DNA from: Octopus sinensis
Taxonomy: Eukaryota
Length of the DNA stretch: 64,000 bases
Reading direction: 5' to 3'
Assembly: GCF_006345805.1 (NCBI RefSeq)
Contig: NC_043000.1
Coordinates: 94,364,001-94,428,000 of the forward strand
The notes beneath the pieces were generated by a model. That model was not told the origin of the DNA and made no database searches. It worked only from the letters and a program-made list of their open reading frames with translations. Of the stretch, positions 52,200-64,000 are shown in pieces; position 1 is the first letter of the stretch, and every line of letters begins with the position of its first letter. A program made the translations under genes and the position numbers.

Positions 52200-53200
52200 T
52201 AAGGCGGTGAGCTGCCAGAATAGTTAGTACGCCAGTCAAAATGCTTGGTGGCATTTCATCCGTCTCTACTCTACCTTTCATCCTTTCAGGTTTGATAAAA
52301 TAAGTACCAGTTTCACCCTGGAGTCGATGTAATCGACTAACTCCTCCTCGCCACAATTTCAAGCCTTGTGCCAAGAGTTGAAATTATTATTATTATTATT
52401 ATGGAGATAATATTATTATTATTATTATTATCATTATTATTATTATTGTTATTATTATTATTATCAAGGCTGCGAGCTGGCAGAATCTTTAGCACGCCAC
52501 GAGAAATGCTTAGCGGCATTTCGTTCGCCTTTACGTTTTGAATTTCACCGATGTTGACTTTGTCTTCCATCTTTTCAGAGTCGATGACATAAGTACTTGT
52601 CGAACACTAGAAACGATGCAATCGACTATCCCTCTCCCCCTAAAATTTTGCCTGTACGATAAAGAATTATTATTACTATTCGATGAGTCGGTGATGGCCG
52701 CGAGGTGACTGAATCGTTTGCACGCCTGGCAAAATACTCAGCTTCATTTCGTCCATCTCTACCTTCTGAGTTCAAATTCCAACGTCGACGTCTTCCGTCC
52801 TTTCGGAGACGATAAAATGAGTACCAGTTGAGCACTGGAGTCGATTTAATCAACTAGCACACACAAAATTTAGGCCTTGTTCTTATGAGAAAGAATCATT
52901 ACTATTGCTAGAAATGGTGAGCTGATAGAATTATTAGAGTATCGGAAAATGTTTAACGGTATTTATTCCAACCCGTTACGTTTTCTGTTCGAACCCTGGT
53001 CAGGTTGGCCCAGCCTTTCATCTTTCCGGAGTCTATAAATCAATGTGCTTCTCAGGTACTGGAGTTTGAAGGTATTAACTAACACCCTCCTTTCAAATTT
53101 AGTGACCTTGTGCCTAAACCAGAGACTATCATTAAAAGCGTTAGGCTGGCGTAATCGTTAAAGAATTGGAAAAATGTCTTGTGGTATTTATTCCGACTCT
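52200..53200 (+). mobile_element. Tandem cluster of group N SINEs separated by (ATT)/(CAT) tracts
   Basis: Heads aaggcggtgagctgccagaa (52201), aaggctgcgagctggcagaa (52466) and further diverged copies. Confidence 0.85.
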
Positions 53201-53939
53201 TTTCTCTCAGAGGTCAACTTCGCCTTAGAAGTTGATGAAATATAATTAATGCCAGGGCATAACTGCCGGGAAAATGTCATTTGGCGATTCTTCCTTGAGT
53301 TTACATTCTGTTTTAAAATCCCACCAAGATCATCCATTAGGAATCGATGAAATTGAATATGAATCATGTACTGGGGTCGATAGTCTCCTTTCAAATTTCC
53401 TAGCATTGTGCTTAAATCCGTAATCATTATTATTAACATTATTCTTGTTTATTTCGTGTTTTGTTGAAGTTCGACTTTAGCAATTTATTCAAACAATAAA
53501 CTCTTTGTGAATGGAGTTTGTTGTCTGAGGTTGAAAATTGTGTCGAAATACTGAAAATAATGTTAGCATAATTTGAGACTTGGATGTTGGTACCATGGCT
53601 CCCAATATCTTTGGTGCAGCGTACACTGCAATGATCTAATATTACTGCGATTCTGCCGTCCTTATGATACAGCTTATGATAGGAGACACCTAACTCTTAA
53701 TTAAACCGGATATTGTATTAATAAACGTGTCATGTAATGGGTTTGTTCTCTCCTGTACTACAATTGATTATGGAATAAAATATTCGATATGCGGATTTCT
53801 CATCGGTACTTCGTATGACTATTTATTCAATGAATGGAGCACGGACATAAGTTCTACCTTCCAAACCATTCCACAGACTTCTTTTTCTATTGGAACCTCC
53901 TATTTTGATTTCAAACATTGGACATACATAAAGACAGAC

Positions 53940-54200
<261 letters not shown>

Positions 54201-55424
54201 CTGAAGTTTTTCTTGCCAGAATTTCATATCTCCACAGGCAGCAAACATAGATTTCGCATTTTCTGAAGTTTTTGCATTTATGGCGACGACTACAAACATA
54301 TTTACGCTAAACCATTGAATGAAATTTATGTGAAACATCAATTTGTACTCCTATGTCACAGGCAACAAAATTCCTTTATTGATTTCTCCAAGTGCTAAAA
54401 CTCCTGGCTGAAGAATGCGTCTTCAAAACTATCGTCTAAATAGTAAACGAAAAAGAGAAATTCCAATTTGGATGCTTTAAATTCTAAAAAAAAAGTAAAT
54501 AATGGTTACTAATTTAGGAATAACGTTATTGATTTTGAGTGGAGGGCTAAGCCAAGCCCGTTACTCTTAGTTCTTGGTAGGTACTTTACTACATTGACAC
54601 TAAGGAGATAAAAGGCAAAGCTGATCTCAGCAGAACTGAAATTCAAAATACAGGGACGGACGAAATTCCACAAGGTTTTGCAGACACTCTAACGATTCTT
54701 CGAGCTCAACGACATTTCGTTTATCAACTTATGTTGTTATTTATAAGTCTCAGACTAATCCAAAACAAAAGACTGGACTTAGAAACAACCGTCTCACAAA
54801 CCAATGCGTAAGTGATAATTGAAACGAGTATTGTTGTTTTAATCATGGTATCAATATAAATTCTGCTGTTATAAAAGACGATACCGAAAACGATTTCCCA
54901 GCAGCAAGTTCTTCTCAGAAATAATTGGGGCTGGAGGTAGAGTATAGACATGATCATCGAGTTTGTCTTAAAACGATGCCATTTGTCAAAAATGTCACAA
55001 AAAAAAGTAAAAATGCTTTCCTCGGCTGTACAAATCAGGCACAGCAACCAATTTCTAACTCAGCAATTTCTTCAAAATTTATTACGGTTTTCTTCTTTAA
55101 TGGAAAGTTCTTTGTCTCGTGTATTCATTAATTAATGTTGTAATTAACAAAAATTTAATGCAAGCTTTGATACAGGAAGTATTGATAATTTTATTTGAGA
55201 GGATAATTGCTACAGTGAAAGTATTGATAATTTTATCTGCAGTGATATTGCTAAACAAAATGTTTTAATCATTATATCATTCAGTGGCAACACAGTGATC
55301 GTATCAACACAGATTACTTCCTGAATTATAGAAGAAGCAGAGTTAGCATTCGATGTGTAGAACAGTTGCACAACTAGTAGTTACTGTTGATTATACACAG
55401 CTTGAAATCGGGTGTAACACTGGT

Positions 55425-55830
55425 CTCAAATTTTAGCGTAAGGCCAACAATTTTGTGGGAGGTGGTAAATCGATTACATCGACAACAGTTTTAAACTGGA
55501 GATTATTTTATCGACTCCGAAAGAATGAGAGGCAAAATCGATCCCGGCGGGATTTGATCTCAGTACTTAAAGTCAGAAGAAATACCGGTAAACACTTTTT
55601 CCGGCGCGACAACAATTCTGCTAGCTCACCATTTTACAAAGCGGGTATAATATTAGTTTCAAATTTTTGCACAAAGCCAACAATTTTAGGGAAAGGGGGC
55701 TAGTTGATTACAACAACCCTAGCGCTCAACTGGTACTTATTTTATCGACCTCGAAAGGATGACAGGTAAAGTCGGACTCAGTGGAATTTGAACTCTCACG
55801 GTTCTGCCAGCTCGCCTTCTCAAAAACGGG
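55425..55830 (-). mobile_element. Two group N SINE copies
   Basis: tttatcgactccgaaagaatg..ctgctagctcacc and tttatcgacctcgaaaggatg..ctgccagctcgcc. Confidence 0.8.
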
Positions 55831-56171
55831 TATGATATTAGCCAGAGTTTTCTCTTCCAGCACACTTCAGAAACATCTATGTTTAACGGCTGTAAAGCCT
55901 CTCTAGTGTTAACCAAATTTACTTACCTAACGATTCAACAAGATATAATCTTCGATTGACTCAGAACACAACTCATTGCTACACATTTTCGAAGGTATTC
56001 TGTAAAAGACTGAAAATTCGTCAAGCAAGAGACACACCATGTAGTGAAATAATGCATAAATAAGAATAACTGTTTGTGTAGTAAACTACGAAAAAAGTAA
56101 CATACGCCCCCTTGTGACTGTTTTCTAATCAACATATGTACAGTCATTGATTAATTTACTTCAAAGTAAAA

Positions 56172-56424
56172 AGGTAAAAGTTACCTTTTCGAGTCATACC
56201 GACACGTAAGGGCCGGTTTCCCGGTTTCCCGGTTTCATGGCGTATATGTTCTCCACCTGGATAGGACGCCTGTCCATCGCCGGATTATTCATTTTTGCCA
56301 GCTAAGTGGACTGGAGCAACGTGAAATGAAGTGTTTTGCTCAAGGACACAAGGCGTCACCTGGTCGAAGCCACAAGCGTATGATCATGTGTCCATCACCC
56401 TAACCACTAAGCCACGGGCCTCCA
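56172..56424 (-). mobile_element. SINE group V
   Basis: tcatttttgccagctaagtggactggagcaacgtgaaatgaagtgttttgctcaag..ccctaaccactaagccacg. Confidence 0.85.
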
Positions 56425-56769
56425 TAAGACGACCGAAATGCAGTTAAGCATTTAACTCGGCACACAAATGATTCTGTCAGCTCGCCGCCTTACCCATACT
56501 TGCTTCTCAACATTCGTAATTTAGGCAAATCGATCAAAGACCGTCCGGGTTAATGGACCGATAAGTTTTTGGAACTTTGGTTTTATTATTCTTGGGGTGT
56601 AGGTAAGTAATACGGCTTGCTAACTAATCAGGTGTTTTCTTAGAATCTCTCATAATTTCACCGGACAGCTGTACTAACTTTTTTAGCGTGCGCACGGGAG
56701 CGATACGAGCCAGAAATTTAGCATCCTACCTTTACCAGAAGATTTCCAGTTGTGAGCCTTCGGGAGTGT

Positions 56770-57720
56770 CATGCTTAGGTTTGTCATTGTGATGACTTCC
56801 CATGCTTGTTCTTGTAAATTTTGCTAGGATCTTTCTGTGCATTTAATCCAATCTGCATTTTCCTCGTATGTCTTCTCATCAATGCAAATCTTTTTCCAGA
56901 ACTTTCAACTGCTTCCATGGAAGTGGGATCTTCAACTGTTATTCTCTCATTCCCAAAATCTCTGTAGAATGATTTGGCATTTGATGTGAATAGCTTATTT
57001 TGCTTGTAAAAATTTCCCATCTCTCCAATCTTTGTTTTAGCGTTTGTTTGGTCATTTTGGCTCATTGTTTTTTGTTTGTTTGTTTTGTTTGTTTATTTGT
57101 TTTTTTTTTAATCCGTTCTTCTCTTGGTGAGAGTCCATATTTTCTTTTAATCTTTCTTCCGTTTTTGGATCTTACACCATTTCCACAAATTTGTTAATTT
57201 AATATTGATATTTCTCCCCTCATTAATTCAAACTCTTCCAATTTTATTTCTCTAGTTTGGATGTCTTCCCAGGTTTGTTTTTTTTTTTTTAGTTTTTTTC
57301 TTTTCCAGAGACATACAACTGGTTTCAATTACTCAACAGATGCGTAAATAATTTCATTAAATTCAGTAAGATCAGGTTTAAATTCTTGTATGATTTCTTT
57401 TGCTACATAGTTGCCAATTCTAATTCGTATTTTATTTCGGTTTGTATTTGAGAGTTTATGGAATGGTTCTCTACCAGTCATACTTGCATGTCTTACAACT
57501 TTAAGCTTATCCTGGATTTTCTACTTTATTTCCATCATAAATTCTCTGTGTTCGTTAGCAAATGTGTGGTCTTCAACAACTGTTTTTTTTCTATTAAGAG
57601 CCTTGCGTGATTTGATCAGATGACAGTCTTTAAATTAAGAGTCGTGCCGGGCTACTCTCTTCATCTGATTCCTCATTTCCTTCTTGTTTCCCATTTTGGT
57701 CATTTTCCGCTGCGTGTTTA
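56770..57720 (-). mobile_element. R4/Dong-type LINE N-terminal fragment
   Basis: FYKQNKLFTSNAKSFYRDFG..EDP aligns by eye to Dong A FYRQNKIVKSDAKKLYREIG..KEPP. Confidence 0.75.
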
Positions 57721-58289
57721 ACATCATCATCCTCCTCCTCCTCATTATCATCATCATTATTAGAGCAAGGGCCTTGTGGAATCATTAGAGTGTCGGACAA
57801 AATGCTTAACATTCTGAGCTCAAATCCCACTGAGGTTAGCTATATTTCACATGCTTCTGAGATCGGTAAAATAAAGTACCAGACAAGTACTGGAGTCGAT
57901 AGTATTGACTTATGCTCCTCCCTTTAGAATTACCGGCCTTGCACCTAAATTAAAAACTATTATTTTTCTTGTGTGTGCCTAAATTTGCTAGTTCACTTTG
58001 CAATTCAGTTAATATTATAACTATGACTTATAACAGGAACATCTGGAATTCTAACGCTTATTTCCTTATCTTATACACTTGGATTTGTTTTCTGCATCAA
58101 TCTAATATGTCTTTAATATCACTTCCCAACCCTTTCTTTCGTTTGTAGTTTGTTCGGTTGAGTGTTGATTTATCGATGATTTGAAATATGTTACATCTGT
58201 GTTTGGTTAAATTCTCTTGTCTCTGTTTCTTTATCTAGCGGTAATAGCAACGTTCTTAATTAATTTTCCTCTCTTCAAGCATGTTTTTG

Positions 58290-58364
58290 GTGACATGATT
58301 ATTATTATTAGTAGTAGTATTAGTAGTAGTATTAGTAGCAGCAGCAGCTGCAGCAGTAGTAGTG

Positions 58365-58436
<72 letters not shown>

Positions 58437-58554
58437 ATAGTAGTAGTAGTTGCAGCAGCAGCAGCAGTAGCCCCTGGTGGCATGTGGAAAGAAATCATTA
58501 TTATAATTATTATCACCACTACTACAACAACAACTACAACTACTATTACTTATG

Positions 58555-58591
<37 letters not shown>

Positions 58592-60301
58592 GAATAATGG
58601 CAACATAGTGAATGTTGCACTCTTTATTTTCTGGGTTTTTTTTTACACATTGCTTTATATTTTATTATAATTTTGATTTTCATTACCTTTCCGTTTGACT
58701 CGTGGTTAATCAGTGCAAATTTTCGAAATTGTATATCATCATGTTCATCGTTATGATGATCATCATCATCGTGATCATCATCATCATTACCATCATCATC
58801 GCCACCATCAGCAACAACAACAACAACAACAGCTACGTCGTCGTCGTCATTGTCACTGCCATCATATTAATCATCATAGATATAGCCAATACCTCAATTA
58901 ACTAATTATCATGATTCCAGTTTATGTCTACCACCTTTTTGTCACCACGATCATCATTATCATCATCCCTACGTTCGCCATCTTCGCCATCATCATCATC
59001 ATCATCATCATCGCATTCACCACCGCCATCATCATCACCATAATTATCATAATCGACATTATCATCATCATCATCATCATCGCAGTCACCACCACCATCA
59101 TCACCATCATTATCATCATCGACATTATCATCCTCATCATCATCATCATCATCATCATCGCAGTCACCACCACCATCATCATCATCCTCATAGCAGTCAC
59201 CACCACCATCATCATCACCATCATTATCATCATCGACATTATAATTATCAGCATCATCATCACCGTCGTCGTCGTCATCATTAGAGCGGCAGCAGCATCG
59301 ACATCATCAGTTTTCATTGTCATGCTTTATCATACATACAATCATCCATTCACCCTCTCCTAATCATCATCATCATCATCATCATCATCATTATCATCAT
59401 CATCATCCTTCTCATTATCATCATCATCATCATCATCATCATCCTTCTCATCAATCAACATTATCATCATCATCATCATTATCATCATCATTACCGATTG
59501 CTTTGCCGCAACGTCACGATTGTTCGCCACCACCCCACCCCATTGGAATCTTATCATCATTTATCATTTATCATGATCGTCATTGTCACCAATCTATAAT
59601 CCCTCACACACTTCGTCGTCTACCTTGGAAAAACAAAACCGACATTGTCATCGTGTATGGTGTGTTTTAGTGTAGACCACATTGTTGTTATTTCGTTTTC
59701 AGTTCTGCTGTCATTGAAATAATTAAATAACGGAAGAGAGAGAGAGAGAGAGAGAGAGGGAGGGAGAGAGAGATGTTCTTTAATTAATGTCTTATTGTCA
59801 ATGGGATTTTGCTAAATAAATAAACAAGTGTTAGTGGTGGTGGTGGTGGTGGTGAACAACAACAAAAACATGAAACTATGAAGAAGAAGAAGAAGAAGAA
59901 GAAGAAGAAGAAGAAGAAGAAGAAGAGAAGAACAACAACGAGAGAAAGAAGAAGAAGAAGAGAACAACATCAACAAAGAGAGAAAGAGGAAGAAGAAGAA
60001 GAAGAAGAAGAAGAAGAGAAAGAAGTGTATCATTTGAGGGGTACGATGATGATGATGACGAGGAGGAGGAAGAGGAGATGGAGAGGGACGTGGAGGTCGA
60101 TGTTGACGGCGACGGCGCCGACGACGACGATGATGGCGACGAACGTGACGACGACAATGATGATGGTGATGACAATGATAATGACGATGACGAGGCACAA
60201 CGGCACAACGACAACGAAGATGGCGACGAATATGACGGTGACAACGATGATGATTATCATGACGATGAAGATGGTCATGACGACGAGGACGACAATGATA
60301 T

Positions 60302-60334
<33 letters not shown>

Positions 60335-60966
60335 AGTTCGTGGTGTTGTCGGCGGTGCTGTAAACAATTTTGCGGCGGGGTGGATAGAAACAAAAATTAA
60401 GTGAAATATAGTGTCATGACAGCTTTAAGATATTGTCGTATAAGTTATTGTTTGTTGCTGTGTTTTTCGTATTTTTTTTTGTTTTATTTTTACATTTTTT
60501 TCTTTTTTCTTCTTTTCTTTTTGTTTTACATAATTTACAATTGTTCAATGCAGAGTATGTTATGTAGCCATATAATGACGTCCCCGAAGAGCTGTTCGGA
60601 AATGTCATGCATCAGTTCTTTACAGGTATGTAGTAGCGTTTTATTAAGTTCTTAGTTTAAATTGTGACAAGGTGTACTTCACTTTTTCCATTCTTCCAGA
60701 TCCGATCTTAATATATTATTGTTTATTGGAGTGACTCGTGCATTACCGAGTGAATAGCTATGTGAACAACAAATGAACGTGCTGGTGATGTTCATCATCA
60801 TCATCATCACCATCATCAACACCATCATCATCATCATCATCATCATGATCATCATCATCATCATCATCACCACCACCACCACCACCACCACCACCACCAT
60901 CATCATCATTATGATTATTGTCGTCGTTATCGCCATCATCATCATCATCATCATCTTCATCATCAC

Positions 60967-60997
<31 letters not shown>

Positions 60998-61104
60998 TTA
61001 TTTTATCATTTCATTATTATATGCAAAAACACCTATACTTTATGTCTGTTTCTGTATTGTCCCCCCTCATCTTTCGCCTTCGTGGCAAATAAATGAAATC
61101 ATCA

Positions 61105-61166
<62 letters not shown>

Positions 61167-61392
61167 GCTATTAAGGCAGCGAGCTGGCAGAATTGCTAGC
61201 ATGCCGGGCGAAATGCTACGTTCTGAGTTCAAATTGTGCCGAAGTCGACTATGCCTTTCATCCTTTCGGGGTCGATAAAATAAGTACCATTTGCGTACTG
61301 GGATCGATGTAATTGACTTAATCCTTTGCTCCAAATTTGAGGCCTTGTGACTCCTGTAGAAAGGATTATCATTATTATTATTATTATTATTA

Positions 61393-61466
<74 letters not shown>

Positions 61467-61573
61467 GCACTGGGGTCGATGTGATCGACTTAATCCCTTT
61501 GTCATTCCTTGTTTGTCCCCTCTATATTTAGCCCCTTGTGGCCAGTAAAGAAATATAATAATTATTATTATTG

Positions 61574-61650
<77 letters not shown>
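58290..61650. repeat. 3.4-kb mosaic of trinucleotide microsatellites (AGT, CAT, CAC, GAA, GAC, ATT) with embedded SINEs
   Basis: Directly visible. Confidence 0.93.
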
Positions 61651-61656
<6 letters not shown>

Positions 61657-61870
61657 GAGGTGGTGAGCTGGCAGAATCGCTAGCACGCCAGGCAGAATAC
61701 TTAGCAGCATTTTGTCTGTCTTCACGTACTCAGTTCAAATTCCATCGAGGTCGACTTCGCCTTTCATCCTTTTGGGGTTGATAAATTAAGTACCAGTTGA
61801 GTACTGAAATTGATGTAAACGACTACCCCCACCCACCACCACTAAATGTTCAAGCCTTGTACCTATAGGA
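61170..61870 (+). mobile_element. Three group N SINE pieces in (ATT)n
   Basis: aaggcagcgagctggcagaa at ~61173; tail-only piece ~61465-61555; gaggtggtgagctggcagaatcg at ~61657. Confidence 0.85.
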
Positions 61871-61897
61871 GAAAGGATTATAATAATTATTATTATT

Positions 61898-62528
61898 GAA
61901 CAGCTGCTGTAACGTGTAGGACGGATCCGTCTGTCGGCCGAGTCTGTAGTGATGATTGCACCGCCACCTTCCTTCAATCCGGCAGGCAAGGCAATTTTCC
62001 TTTGCCTGGTGGTTGTGGCGAAAGAGGTTGTTTGGTGGATAAGGCTGAAATGCATGAGGACAGACACATTACTCTTTGGTAGAGCTCTCACTGAGTTTTT
62101 CAAGTTTCACTTGAAAAAGAAATTGAGAGTGGTGAGGGAAGCGCTGTCCTCAAGTGAGTTTATTGAAAGGTGGGTGAAAGTTGTGAAAATGGCAAGAGTG
62201 GATGGTACCGCTCTAAGTGTAGACTTGTGAGTCGGAGAGAAGAAATTGGAGAGGGCACTTGCTCTTGGGGTTTCAGGAAATCTCGAAGAGTGGAGTTCCT
62301 CGATTATCCCTAGAAGCGTCCCTGTATCAGGAGGGCCACATCTCTATCATCTTCCTCTCCCTTTTTTTTTTACTTTTGTCTGCTATGCATATGTCTCTTC
62401 TTTTCCAGTGTATACCGTGTATACTTCATTTTTCAAATATCATTTCATTAAATGTAACCCCCCTCCTCACACTTGTCTTTCACTGTATTCTCTCCCCTCA
62501 TCCTTTGCTTTTGTGGCAGATAAATGAA
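61898..62528 (+). mobile_element. 5'-truncated Tx1/L1-like LINE 3' end in (ATT)n
   Basis: ORF 61949-62230 (VVWWIRLKC..LTEFFKFHLKKKLRVVREALSSSEFIERW) resembles Tx1-clade C-termini; UTR ends cctcatcctttgcttttgtggcagataaatgaa(att)n; same terminus at ~61036-61100. Confidence 0.7.
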
Positions 62529-62567
<39 letters not shown>

Positions 62568-62609
62568 TTTTTTTTTTTATTATAATTGTTGTTGTTGTTT
62601 TTATTGAGA

Positions 62610-62800
62610 TCGTGAGCTGGCAGAATCGGTAGTACTACGAGCAAAGTGCTTAGCAGCATTTCGCCCGTCTTTACGTTCTGGATTCAAATTCCGCCGAGGT
62701 CGATTTTGCCATTCATTCTTTTGGGGTCGATAAAATACGTATGCGTTGAACACTGGGGTCGATGTAATCGCCTTAATCCTCCCCCAAAATTTCTGCCGTT
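62610..62800 (+). mobile_element. SINE group N
   Basis: gtgagctggcagaatcggtag..ccgccgaggtcgattttgcc..ggggtcgataaaa. Confidence 0.85.
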
Positions 62801-63412
62801 GAGGAAAAATTTGACACCATTATTACTATTATTATCATCACGATCATCATCATCATCATCATCATCATCAGTAGTAGTAGTAGTAGTAGTGTAGTAGTAG
62901 TAGTAGTAGTAGTAGTAGTTCTAGAATAAGTCGAAAGGTAAGCTACTATAAATCGGCATGAACTTTCCGGACAACCCAATATATAAGATTATGGAATCAT
63001 AAACACCCGACATACTGTTGGTCATTATTTCCAAAACTGAGCGTTTCCACAAAGCACTGAATATTTGTATTTTTAAACGAAACGTGATAAATAAAAGTAT
63101 TCAGAAACAAGTACTGAAATTGATAGGACACTTTGAAATTTCGTGCGTCATTATTTTCTATGATATGCACCCGAAAAGGTAAGCAGCCAGTCGGTGGTGT
63201 AAAGGAGCGCAAACTTTGATTGCTATATGCTCTGAAAAGACAGAACAAAAGCGTGAAAGTATCGTATATAATGCAACAATGAATACCTGAATGCTACCTG
63301 TACATCTCTAGTTACTTGTAGGAGGTCGAATCACGCTACTTGCACAAGATCTAATTACACTGCTTGTATAAGATCTAGTTTACTTTAATTTATATTGGAT
63401 TTTGTGAACTAA

Positions 63413-63791
63413 TCTATATGTATAAAGCTGAAGTTGTCTGTGTGTGGCAGGTTTGGTAGCCTTCAAGTAACACTATCTCCTCCAAGACCCTCTGGCGCAA
63501 GTTGACCAAAATTGAGAGTATGATAGAAGAAGACTTGTTCTTCAATCCGTAGAAGATAAAATTCAAATCGGGCCATGTTAACACCAAAAATTATTTACAT
63601 CAAAAAGGTGCTTTTTTCTATGAAAATCTCTATTTTTTACGATTTTTTGACTGCTGTGTCGCCATTTATCGGTGTATTTCAACCAGAAAAATGTTCACCT
63701 AAAGAGAATAACAAGCTACATTTACTTTTCAAAATTCCAATTCTAAAGGGTTCGAAACAAACCCGAGCAACGCCGGGCGATATACTGCTAG
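63413..63791 (+). mobile_element. Complete 379-bp non-autonomous Helitron
   Basis: 5' TC(tatatgtataaa), subterminal hairpin cccgagcaacgccggg, 3' CTAG, inserted between A(63412) and T(63792). Confidence 0.85.
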
Positions 63792-64000
63792 TAATATATA
63801 TTTTCAAACTTAGCATTTTATTAATGCTGTATAAACCCTTTAAGTAATTGGCCTTCCCACAGAAAACAACCAAAAGCTTAAAAACTAGAAATATAGCACA
63901 AATATGTTTTTCACACTTGTATGATTATACAAGCAATGTAATATGGAACAATACTGGATAACAAAAATTTCCAAAATTTCCAATTGGTCTTTAGATTAAG

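Noticed and set aside
54220-54400. YGDD (RdRp motif C-like) in a frame with one TGA after a good acceptor
   Set aside because: No motif A or B at suitable spacing; four residues are not evidence of a viral insert.
60078-60404. Asp-rich ORF resembling acidic biomineralisation proteins
   Set aside because: It lies in a degenerate GAC/GAT/GTT repeat mosaic with overlapping ORFs in other frames; no signal peptide or splice support.

Overview
AT-rich eukaryotic DNA saturated with microsatellites and retroelement debris. The SINE families and repeat landscape point to a coleoid cephalopod, probably Octopus (inference, not database-checked). No intact protein-coding gene can be demonstrated: almost all listed ORFs are microsatellite translations or decayed transposon ORFs, and only a few low-confidence candidate exons remain. 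Recognisable content: (i) dozens of tRNA-headed SINEs in three head/core groups; (ii) a 7.6-kb stack of R4/Dong-type non-LTR elements and a ~560-bp non-coding element nested in (ATT)n tracts (22800-30400), plus another Dong fragment near 57 kb; (iii) Tx1/L1-like and RTE-like fragments; (iv) two deleted mariners, a pogo-like relic and two non-autonomous Helitrons; (v) five Penelope-like (GIY-YIG) relics. The main result is ten minimal type I hammerhead-ribozyme motifs or relics belonging to several unrelated repeat units. Two units are ~450 bp, terminally redundant and arranged in tandem or inverted form, most strikingly a ~950-bp palindrome (46264-47220) with a hammerhead on each strand. This fits Penelope pseudo-LTRs or non-LTR retrozymes (ribozyme-processed circular RNAs). 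All folds were derived by eye and no activity is shown.
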